Shown in pieces: positions 27,679-37,675 of a stretch of DNA of 64,000 bases. The notes under the pieces are model-generated. The model had not been told where the DNA came from, made no database searches, and saw nothing but the letters and a program-made list of their open reading frames with translations. A program made the position numbers and the translations under genes. The DNA comes from Auanema rhodensis. Its lineage: Eukaryota > Animalia > Nematoda. How positions within the stretch are numbered: the first letter of the stretch is position 1; each line of letters starts with the position of its first letter. The stretch is from positions 14,322,001-14,386,000 of the forward strand of contig OZ059894.1 of NCBI GenBank assembly GCA_964057225.1, written 5' to 3'.

Positions 27679-30600
27679 AGAGAGAGGGAAAGGGGATGGA
27701 CTGGAAAGAAGGTTAAGAGAGTAGGTAAAAGGAATATGAGATTCGAAATTTCAACTATCAAACATCATGTTAAGTTTAAACGAAACACGGATTTTTTTTG
27801 ATTTTGAGTATAAGTATGATAGATAGATGGGCGGAAAAATAAAGAATAAAACACCAATGATGATGTTGATCAACATCAAAACAAGAACCATCAAAATAAG
27901 AAATGAAAAAAGCTTTGCATTAAGCAGTAGAAAAAAATTTAATAGATGTTACTTTAAGTGGATAACATCATTGAGAATGAAGAAAAAAATTGAAAATATG
28001 AAAAGGGCGCTACAGTGGTCCGTGTTTCCTGAACTCTTGATCCCCTTGAGTCTTTAAGTTTCTCCATAATTCTCTTCCTTTCTCTTACTTACTCTCATTC
28101 CATAGCTATCCTCTAATGGAAGAATAGATGAGTGTTGTGTCAGTATCACATGTTTCATTCCAAAAAGAAAATAAAAAAAAAGAAAAAAGAAATAGAGTAT
28201 GCTGAAGATTATAAAAGTTTTGGAAAACAAAAATAGAAAACTATGTTGTGTACATTATTAGGTTGTGAAATACTTATAAGCTTGAGAAGGTTGATGTATT
28301 TGTGAATCTCAATGTGATTTCTTCATAATCACAAGCAAAGAATTCAAGAAAATATCTAAATTAGTTAATTGAATTCAAATAGAATATGAGATGTATAGAA
28401 TACAGATAGAATGATTGAAACTGGACTTCTTGTGAATCTTATAGACGATAATATTAATTAACTTAAATTCTTCTCATGACCTTTTAAACAAATATCTATT
28501 TTACTTGGAAAACTAACACAAGATAATTCAATTTCTCTTCTAGTTTCGGATAAACTTTGAAGTTTCCTTGCACTGAAAGTTTCAATACTACATCCAAATG
28601 TTGAGAGCATAAAAGGAAAAAACACAAGAACTTTTCTCAAAAATTCTTCAACTATTTCTCCCTCATGCATAGTAAAAAGAAATCAAAAAAAAAACAAAAA
28701 AAGTTATTTATGAGTATGTTATATATCTAAAAGAAGTTTTATGTTTTCATACTTTAAAGAAAGAAAAAGTCAGAGAAAAGGTTTCCGATCGACAACTTGA
28801 TTACTTGGGATTTGATATTGGATTAGCTGTGTAATAGAAGGTATAATCTTTTGCCTAGTGAGCCTATTCAGGATGAATATTCTTCATAAAACATATTGTT
28901 TTTTTTATTTGAAATCGTAATAAATATATGTATAAACCTGATTTGTGGTCAAGAAGCCTGTAAATTGACGAAAAAAAAAGCTGAAAGACCAATATGAAGT
29001 AGATATCTGTTATATATATTGTTAAAACATAAAGAAACGTTAAATCAACACAGATCAACAGTTGTATAGATTTAAAAAATTCTGGGATATATGTATTATA
29101 TGTAGGTAAGAGATAGATTTAGAAAATAAAAAGAAGAAAATCATTTGAGAACAAATTATTCTCCATGATGTAATGAGAGAAAAGATGAAATTGTTCTTCA
29201 AAAGTTGCATAAAAGATTTGAAAAAGCTAAAGCCTTCACAAACTTTTCTTTTGATATCAAAAAAAAAATTTATAAAAAAAAAAACAAAAGCAAATATTAT
29301 AAAGTTAAGAAGAAGATAGAACCTGGAAAAAAAACTGAAATCTAGTTCACGAAACTATTTTTTTGCTCAAAATTCCACAACAATCACAGTGTGTTGGTAA
29401 GCTTGATGATGCTTTGTATTACTAACAACACAACTATTTACTTCAATACATTTCAAGTAAATACATATGACTCTAGCAGAACAAATGAAAATTGGCTGGC
29501 ATGAATGGCGTCTTCGCTCGCCAATTTTCGTTTTGTCATCTTAATCCTTCTAGCTCATCAACATCATTCAACTTATTTCCATTTCATGATCATCTCTTGT
29601 TCACAGACAACTTTCTCTTTAAAAGTTTACCCAACTTTCTATGAGAACTTGAGGACAAAACTGGCCGCCACCTACGCACTTGCGGACCAGATAGAAACAA
29701 CATACCCACGAGAATTACATTTCTATTTTCTATCGTCCTTCATGAAATAGAAGAATAAATTGCTAAGAAACTTCAACATCTTTGTGAGTTCACTACTTAA
29801 AACAAAAAAATTAGTAAAAAGGAAGATATATAGAAGTATATATTAGAATTTATAGAATAACTGAAGCATTATTTCTTATTTTACTTGTTATGTTTCAGAT
29901 TTAACTGGTACATAGAACATAATAATTAAGCTTTTGGATAAGTACTTGATGATGAAATGAACGATTTCTGTTCTGAAAGGTTCAAAAAGAATTAATAATT
30001 TGTTCTGCAAAAGAAGATGAAGAACTGTTAAAAGGTCTGAGTGAAATCAAACATAAAGCCTCTAGAGATTATTTTGATCTTTGAAGCAAATATTATACAT
30101 TTTGGTCATGAATTCAAAACACATACAGACAGACAAGAGATGTGAAAATAACATGAAAAACTGAGAATTTCCAGAATAATCTTTGGAAAAAGCACTTTCT
30201 TTTAGAAAAAAAAAGAAAAGAAATATACAAATAAGTATATTCAAGCGTATAAATTTTCTGATGGACGTCCATAGCCCTACGAATCATCTCAGATAAATCA
30301 ATATTATGTAAGGTTTTCAGTCATCTAGTTAATTCTTGACGATTTTAACAAAATCAAAAACCGATGAAGTCCAATGGCAGAAAAATGAAGAAAAAAAAGA
30401 AAAAAAATTGAATTAAAATTGAAGAAAGCTGATTAGATGAAGTTAAAGCTCAAGTTTGAGCATAATATCGTTTGTGTCAGTTCAGTAAGATTGAAAATAA
30501 TTAAATAAACGTAAATATTTTCTTTTTTTCTTCTAAAAATAGTATTGTACCATCAATTTAAGGATTTTCCACATTTATAATTTCACTGAATTAGGAGGAA

Positions 30601-31693
30601 AATGAAAAAACTGGTCAATTTAAAATTGAAGATGAATTGAATTCTTTGACTACAAATTGGTTTGTAGATGTGAAGTGGAAATAGAATATATGCCTGTATA
30701 TATATATATATAGAGAGAGAGATAGATATAGATAGATATATAAAATACATGTAAATGCATGTTGATGAGATATTCTGATTGATTTATGCTGAAAATTTAG
30801 AGAAACAATTGCTCGAAAAAAAAAATTAGAAATTAGAACAATTAAGAATGAAAGAATGTAAACTAATATGCTTAGTATTTATTATTTATTTAATTATATG
30901 TAAAGGTTAATATGCTTATTATTATAATTATATTTCACTCTTTGGAATTTATTCAAAACTTATTTGGTAAAAGCAGAAGCTTCTCCGTTCAAACCAACAT
31001 CAGAAATTACGTTCAATAGGCTTTTGCGTTTAAATTGATATTTCATTTATTTATTAATTTGTTTATTTTTCTAAAAATTTATAATAAACATATTTGTATA
31101 AAAGAAAAATTATCAAATTTTACAAAATCAAGGTTATTTTGACGATTAAAAGCTTCTATGTATCATCCCAAATTCTTTATATTCATATCATTATCATGAG
31201 ATTTTTCATAATTAAGTTATATTCTATCATTTATATCTAAGATCATATTACATATTCAAATATAAAATTTATAAATAATAAAAACTATTTAATTTTTTAA
31301 TTTTTTGGCTTAAAAATTATATTGTGCATCATATCTTGACACATACTCCCATAGCATAACGTCTTTCAATTAAAAAAAAATAAGATAAGTTCTATATTTC
31401 CGTATTATCACGACAGCATGTTCTTGAAATTTCTCGCTGTACCTCGAACTCTAGGAGGAACTTGCGTTTCGTTCAATTCGTATTTTTATACCATTTCAAT
31501 TGTCTTTCTTAACTGTCTGTCATTGAATATTTTTATTTTTAATAATGTAAGAAATTGTAATAAATTTAATATTATATTGTAAAAATTAATAAGAATATAA
31601 TTATAATTAACATATAAATTAAACATTTCATACACATAATTTCAATTATTATCATTTTCATATGATTTTAGTTTTAATACTATTTTATGCCCT

Positions 31694-32939
31694 TTAGTAC
31701 AGCTTATTTATGATCGATAAAAATACTGTAAGAGAAATTATAACAATTCCAAATGACCCATTTGCACCTCCGGTCCTCTTATCTAAGTCTGTTTTATCGT
31801 ATATAATTCTGAAAAAAAATTATAATAAAATAAAAATAGTATATACATGTAAAGAGATAAGAAAAAAACTTACTCAGCATGATATATACTACAGCTTGAA
31901 GCATGAGGAGCCTTATGAATCACCGATGGCAGTAACCAACCGCCATAATTGGTCAGAGTGAACTGCGAGACAAGATCATCCCTGTAATACGAATAAAATA
32001 GTATAAAAACTAAGCAATATCAATAAAATAAAAAGGAATTAACGACTAACCAAAGAAGATAACCCTTTTTAGAAAATTCATCTGTATTTAACATGTGTTC
32101 AGTCCAACTATCTTTTGTTGCTATTATATCTGCACGGATATTTTGTTTCTATAATTATCATTATTATCAAATTGATAATTATTATATTTTATTTACATCT
32201 GCAAATCCTATCAGTTTTTCAATGAATCTCACATTAGCAAGGCCATTAGGATTATTCATAAAAGCGGTCTGAATATTCAGCATTTAAATAGAAAACTTTA
32301 AGTTTTCAAAGAAAATATTCTTACATCAATCCACATAAATGTCTTAGATAGTGATATACCAGACAGTGCTGATACGATTTCATTTATAATAACTTCTGGA
32401 TCTTTATTAGAAGTATCATTTCCAGTAAAACTTGGAAGAATCATAAGCTCCAATTTAACGGCATTTTTTGCTAAATATTAGAATCAGAATAAATATATCT
32501 ATCATGTTAAACATACACACATTAAACAGTGCTTGAATAGTCTTGATAGCTTCAGGTTCAACAGCATTATCATAGTAAACACTTAAATATTGAAACATAC
32601 ATACATCTGTACTTTTTAATGAAATAAAAAAGAAATGAAACATACTAGATAAACAACGATTCGTAATCTTTAGCTGTAAAGCAACCAATATAATTTACCA
32701 ATTGAGGATTGTACCAATAATACATTCCAATTCCATATCCTAACGATGCTTTCTGATAAAATATATTATTGTATATTATTAATTTATTTGTAATTTGTAC
32801 ATACTTTGTCAGTTACCGAGCTATGAAGTGTTGTTTCATTAACGAATAATTCCCGTTCTACTAATTTATTGCGAGAAATGAAGGAATACACAGAAGGTAA
32901 CAATGTTGCTAATGATAGAAACAGAATAGTAGATTTCAT
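31694..32939 (-). CDS. GH25 (protist-type) lysozyme-like protein with signal peptide and GPI-type hydrophobic tail, no mucin stalk (paralogue C, about 280 aa)
   Basis: Eight exons: MKSTILFLSLATLLPSVYS...YGIGMYYWYNPQLVNYIGCFTAKDYESLFIY...KLELMILPSF...TFMWIDTAF...ADIIATKDSWTEHM...YLLWDD...TNYGGWLLPSVIH...TGGANGSFGIVIISLTVFLSIINKLY*. The C...Y...F, W.D, I.....W, LW and YGGW..P motifs are those of nematode lys genes. Intron phases 0,2,1,0,0,2,2 are the same as in the 35.5 and 39.8 kb genes. Confidence 0.8.
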
Positions 32940-33232
32940 ATTGTAAAAAAAATGAATAAAAGATATGTTTATAACAAGATGACGATAGGATACGTATTGA
33001 AGTTGATGTAGCTGATAAGAAATAGACAGTTATAAATACTATTCATGATTGTGCAATGGTTATCAATTCGTCATCGATAATCATAGAAAAAGCCTTATAA
33101 TAGTTATTTTTATATTTCTTAAACAACCACAATTTAAATCTGTTTCAATCATATGTATCAATTAAAAGGTGGGACAAAAGAAAAAATTAAAATTTCTATT
33201 AGTCATTTACATACTTATAACGAATGAAAATA

Positions 33233-34511
33233 TTAAATTTGCTCATTTAAAATACTGGAGAGTGTTTCACAAAGTGAAATTTTATTTTTGTCATCCATTG
33301 AAATATAATTTTCATCAGTAAATAGATTTCTTAAAGAAGATTTAGTTTTCGTTTTTACTGCTTTTGAAATTACAGCAAACTAGAAGACAATAGTTAGATT
33401 TGTATGAAAGTATGATTAACTATACCTTCTCATACGATGTATCGTAATTCCAGACTAACGCTAAACGAGTAGTGATCGATATATCCTCATATTGATAATT
33501 CGCTAGATAATCCACTACAGCATTTAAAATCTTATTCATTTTGAAGATTTTTCCAAAATTTAATAATTTCAAGTAATTCTTTTCTTAAAATAAAAATTAT
33601 TACATGATTATTATAAAGAAAACAAACCAGTGATTATATTATTAGCATCATAGAGTACATAAAGTACATTTAGGAGATCAAGATAATCAAACCCATCAAG
33701 CTTAAAGTGTAATTCACTCTTTTCCTGTAAAATAGCGACAATATGTAAAATACAATATTAGTATAACATACATTTGGATCTTCTGGTGTAATAAGCTCAA
33801 GAGATTTACTTTCCTGTTTATCTAAATTGAAGAAATAACATAATATTCTATATTTATATTATTAAACCTAATAAGACACCTTTAATAATATCTGAATTAA
33901 GGCATAAAACCTAAACGATAGTTTAACTAATAAAGAAATAGATCGTGTTATTCTTACTTGGCTATGGCAAAAGAATCTTGCACTGCTCATACAGACTATA
34001 ATACTCGAAAACCCTTCAGTCGAGAAAGAATGAATAGGTAGACTTCTAAAATGAAACAGAATTCATGAAATAAACAAAATTTCTCAAAACAAATGTAGTA
34101 AAAACTACCTTAACCCAGATAACTTTGTTATCATAGCTGTAACAACACATTTTACATCGGGGACAGTTATATTCAAGGAACACTGTTTAACTTTGTTTGT
34201 GAAATGCAATGCCAGCAGATGTGAATCCAAATCTCCTATTTTAGATTTTAAATTATTAAATTGAACATTATGATATTATATTACCATTGACTTCGCATTT
34301 ACAGGTAAGTTCTATCTCAAATTGCTCTTCGTCTGGAAATTTCGTGTTCGGCTCACAGCACAGATCCATATCATTTGATTGTAACATCAGAAACCTATAT
34401 ATTTTGGTTTTTGTTAAATGAAATAGATGAATTGTACCATTTCATTGGTCCGTAAATAACATCTGGAGATCGTTCATTATTCTGTTGAGGATCATATTCA
34501 AGATGAAACAT
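33233..34511 (-). CDS. BTB/POZ-domain protein with a possible degenerate N-terminal MATH-like region
   Basis: Multi-exon model with roughly 45-60 nt introns: MFHLEYDPQQNNERSPDVIYGPMKWFLMLQSNDMDLCCEPN...HSFSTEGFSSYIVCMSSARFFCHSQVLCLNSDIIKGVLL...FKLDGFDYLILLNVLYVLY...LKLLNFGKSSKMNKILNAVVDYL...SSILNEQI*. The F.CH..VL...S and later helical pattern fit a divergent BTB domain. Confidence 0.6.
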
Positions 34512-34788
34512 GGTTTAAATAATAGCACAACTTAGAAAACTTTGAATTTATCATTAATTTCATCAAAATATGATTTTAAATTGATTGGATTTCGTAATTT
34601 TTAGATTTCATTAATAAAAATCGATTTGTTATCATGAAATATTATACATCAGGCTGTGTTGTAATTATGCAAATTTCATAATTCACACGTTTAATGGCAA
34701 AAGAGAAAAACAGAAAGCGATAGCTTGAAACTGATATTCAAATTTTTATTGATCGAAAATAACAATTTTACGGTAAAGTAGAATCTTA

Positions 34789-34855
34789 TATTACAAATTA
34801 TTTGTAAAAAGATGAAGAAGTTTAAGTAATACTTCAAGAATAATACAAAATGTAC
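34789..34855 (+). repeat. 67-bp direct repeat, copy 1
   Basis: TATTACAAATTATTTGTAAAAAGATGAAGAAGTTTAAGTAATACTTCAAGAATAATACAAAATGTAC, identical to 37363-37429. Confidence 0.92.
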
Positions 34856-35146
34856 GATAAGTTTATTAGAATGAACATTCGTTCAAATATGAACATTAAA
34901 AAACAGTAATGATCTGTTTGATTCACTGAAATAGGGTCTTCTAATGAACTTGTGTTTGATATTTCTTGACAGGAGCTGACCATATAAGATTAGCAAACGG
35001 AGAAATTAATACATAAGTCGGGAAGTATGTACTTGCTCATCAAGGACAAGTTCAAATTGACTGCTTTTCTTTCTTTATATGGGAGGGGTTTCTACTAGAC
35101 AGAAATATGAGATAGAGATGTCATTTTCCTTTTGTTTCGTCACTAT

Positions 35147-35393
35147 CTTATCATATTTATTAGCGTATGAAAATAATGTTTTCGAAAAAGGGAGTTACCC
35201 GAGAGAGGCGTGGGTTTCTCTTAGTTCCATATCCTTTACGATCAACTTTATCTTTAAACAACGCCTTTAGATAATTTGTTTATCATTTCTTTATCAAATA
35301 CTAATGGTTAAGTTAGAAAGAATTCCAAAAATTTAATTAAAATTAAAAAAATATTAAATTACAGATTAAATAGATATGTGTTTATGTGATAAG
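35147..35393. promoter_or_regulatory. Cluster of TGATAA/TTATCA GATA sites upstream of lysozyme-like copy A
   Basis: CTTATCA 35147-35153, TTATCA 35280-35285 and 35291-35296, TGATAAG 35387-35393. TGATAA is the established nematode intestinal (ELT-2-type) motif; function here is inferred. Confidence 0.45.
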
Positions 35394-35546
35394 AAAAAAG
35401 TTGAGAAAACGTTTGGAATGCAGTTCAAATACAAAAATGAAAATGGGCGTATGAATCAAAATATAATGTTGAAATGATATTTGAAGATGTCATCTATCTA
35501 AGATTATAAAAGCAATTGCTTAGACCACATTCATATGATATGAACC

Positions 35547-37357
35547 ATGAAGCTTCTAATATTCTTTTCAATTATTTCTCTAAATCTAGTATTAGCAGAT
35601 GATAATGAGGTTTAAGTTTATATGAATTTCTTTTTTAATTTTATATATTTAGCATGGTAAAGCAATAACACAACTAGTTTATGATGATAAACTTATAAAT
35701 CAAATTGAATGTTTAAAAGAAGCTGGATATACTAAACTATTCGTATAGTAATCATTTCTTTTTCTTTTTTCCTTTAAACAAAATAATTTATTTTTAGTAT
35801 TTCTACAGGAAATCAAGTATATCCATATGTGAATACATTAAAAACTATTGAAGAAAGTATGTTTAAACAAGATTATCTAAGATTCAAAATTAAAATTTCA
35901 GATGGAATATCACTTGAACTCATAATATTACCAAATTATTCAATATCTCTAGATCCAGCTGATATACAAAATGTTACAAATGCAATGAAATTGAATAATA
36001 TTAAATCAAAAAATTTATGGATGGATGTTTGTTTATTTGTTTGTTTTTATTTGTTTTTATTTTTTGATTTTAAGACTTCATTAATGCGTTATGAAGATGC
36101 AGACACAGAAGAAAATAAAAAAGATTTTTCTCGTCAGTATCTTATGAGTGTCACAGATACTTTAGAGGTAAATATTAATTATTTCAAGTTTATTCATTAT
36201 TTTTTCATTTTAGCCCATTAATTACAATTTAAATATTTTTTCAAATGAAAATGATTGGAAAAAGAATGTTGGAGATGATTTTAATGAACCAGCTGTTACG
36301 AAAAAACAACTTTTATGGTTAAAATAACTCAAATTATCTTCAAATTATTTATTTTCTTTGAAGGGAAAAGGAAAAGACTTTCAGTACATTTACTCCTTAT
36401 GGTGGATGGACTAAGCCTTCTGTTACTTTCACTCAACACGCCGTTAAGATTTGTGATTTAACTTGTGACGAGTTAGTTCATTCATTTCCTAATTATACTG
36501 ATTATATAAAATATTCTTTTAGTACCTTATATAACATTGCTGATCTTCAAGCTCGACCTCATATTGAAGAAACAACTGATCCCACCGTTGCTTCTACTAC
36601 TACAGCCGAGCCCACAGTCGCTTCTACTACTACTGTTGAGCCCACCGTTGCTTCTACTACTACAGCCGAGCCCACCGTTGCTTCTACTACTACAGCAGAG
36701 CCCACCGTTGCTTCTACTACTACAGCCGAGCCCACTGTCGCTTCTACTACTACAGCCGAGCCCACCGTTGCTTCTACTACCACATCAGAGCCCACCGTTG
36801 CTTCTACTACCACATCAGAGCCCACCGTTGCTTCTACTACTACAGCCGAGCCCACCGTTGCTTCTACTACCACATCAGAGCCCACCGTTGCTTCTACTAC
36901 TACTGTTGAGCCCACTGTCACCTCTGGAGGTTCAACGAACGCCCCTCCAGTCACTTCTGGAGGTTCAACGAACGCCCCTCCAGTCACTTCTGGAGGTTCA
37001 ACGAACGCCCCTCCAGTCACTTCTGGAGGTTCAACGAACGCCCCTCCAGTCACTTCTGGAGGTTCAACGAACGCCCCTCCAGTCACCTCTGGAGGTTCAA
37101 CGAACGCCCCTCCAGTCACTTCTGGAGGTTCAACGAACGCCCCTCCAGTCACCTCTGGAGGTTCAACGAACGCCCCTCCAGTCACTTCTGGAGGTTCAAC
37201 GAACGCTCCTCCAGTCACTTCTGGAGGTTCAACGAACGTTCCTCCAAACTCCGACCGTCCATATAGTACTACATCTAGAATACCAATAACGACTTCATCA
37301 ACATCATCGATAAGATATTTGACAGCGTTATTTGTGATATTAATTATTTTAATGTAA
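35547..37357 (+). CDS. GH25 lysozyme-like protein with Thr/Ser/Pro-rich mucin stalk and GPI-type tail (copy A, 493 aa)
   Basis: Exons 35547-35609, 35653-35747, 35798-35856, 35902-36026, 36075-36167, 36214-36317, 36364-36471, 36523-37357, all GT-AG and in frame. MKLLIFFSIISLNLVLA signal peptide; IECLKEAGYTKLFVY; LELIILP; NLWMDTS; LNIFSNENDWKKNVG; LLW; FSTFTPYGGWTKPS; then (STTTAEPTVA)x11, (SGGSTNAPPVT)x10 and STSSIRYLTALFVILIILM*. Confidence 0.88.
36581..36916 (+). repeat. 30-bp coding tandem repeat, about 11 units (STTTAEPTVA type)
   Basis: Unit CCCACCGTTGCTTCTACTACTACAGCCGAG with variants TACTGTTGAG and CACATCAGAG. Confidence 0.95.
36917..37246 (+). repeat. 33-bp coding tandem repeat, 10 units (VTSGGSTNAPP), unique to copy A
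   Basis: Unit GTCACTTCTGGAGGTTCAACGAACGCCCCTCCA. Confidence 0.95.
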
Positions 37358-37362
37358 TCCTG

Positions 37363-37429
37363 TATTACAAATTATTTGTAAAAAGATGAAGAAGTTTAAG
37401 TAATACTTCAAGAATAATACAAAATGTAC
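37363..37429 (+). repeat. 67-bp direct repeat, copy 2
   Basis: Identical to 34789-34855; begins 5 nt after the stop codon of copy A. Confidence 0.92.
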
Positions 37430-37675
37430 AGAAATTTCTTATATACATATAGTCGAAATAAATTGTTATTTTCCAATATATTCTTAAATTTATTTTCTAG
37501 CAAACTTTCCGAACAATGTTTCTTCATTGAACTCAATTCTACTTCTTACTTATTTGGAAAAGTGTGCTTGATTATTAAAACAATAAATATTATTTAACAT
37601 ATAATAACATATTCACATAGTTAAGACCAGAATATTTGATATCGTGCAAATTGAAACAAACATAATTACTAATAA

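Larger units (their letters stand above)
35389..37353 (+). repeat. Left arm of inverted segmental duplication
   Basis: Reverse complement of 39977 back to about 38526 with no indel (paired coordinates sum to 75366, e.g. ORFs 35829/39537, 36221/39145, 36537/38829). A second shared block of about 110 bp covers the C-terminal tail. Confidence 0.95.

Noticed and set aside
4500-31000. Many 60-140 aa F/L/S/I-rich ORFs
   Set aside because: Products of T-rich strand skew and TC microsatellites; no consistent splice structure or recognisable motifs.
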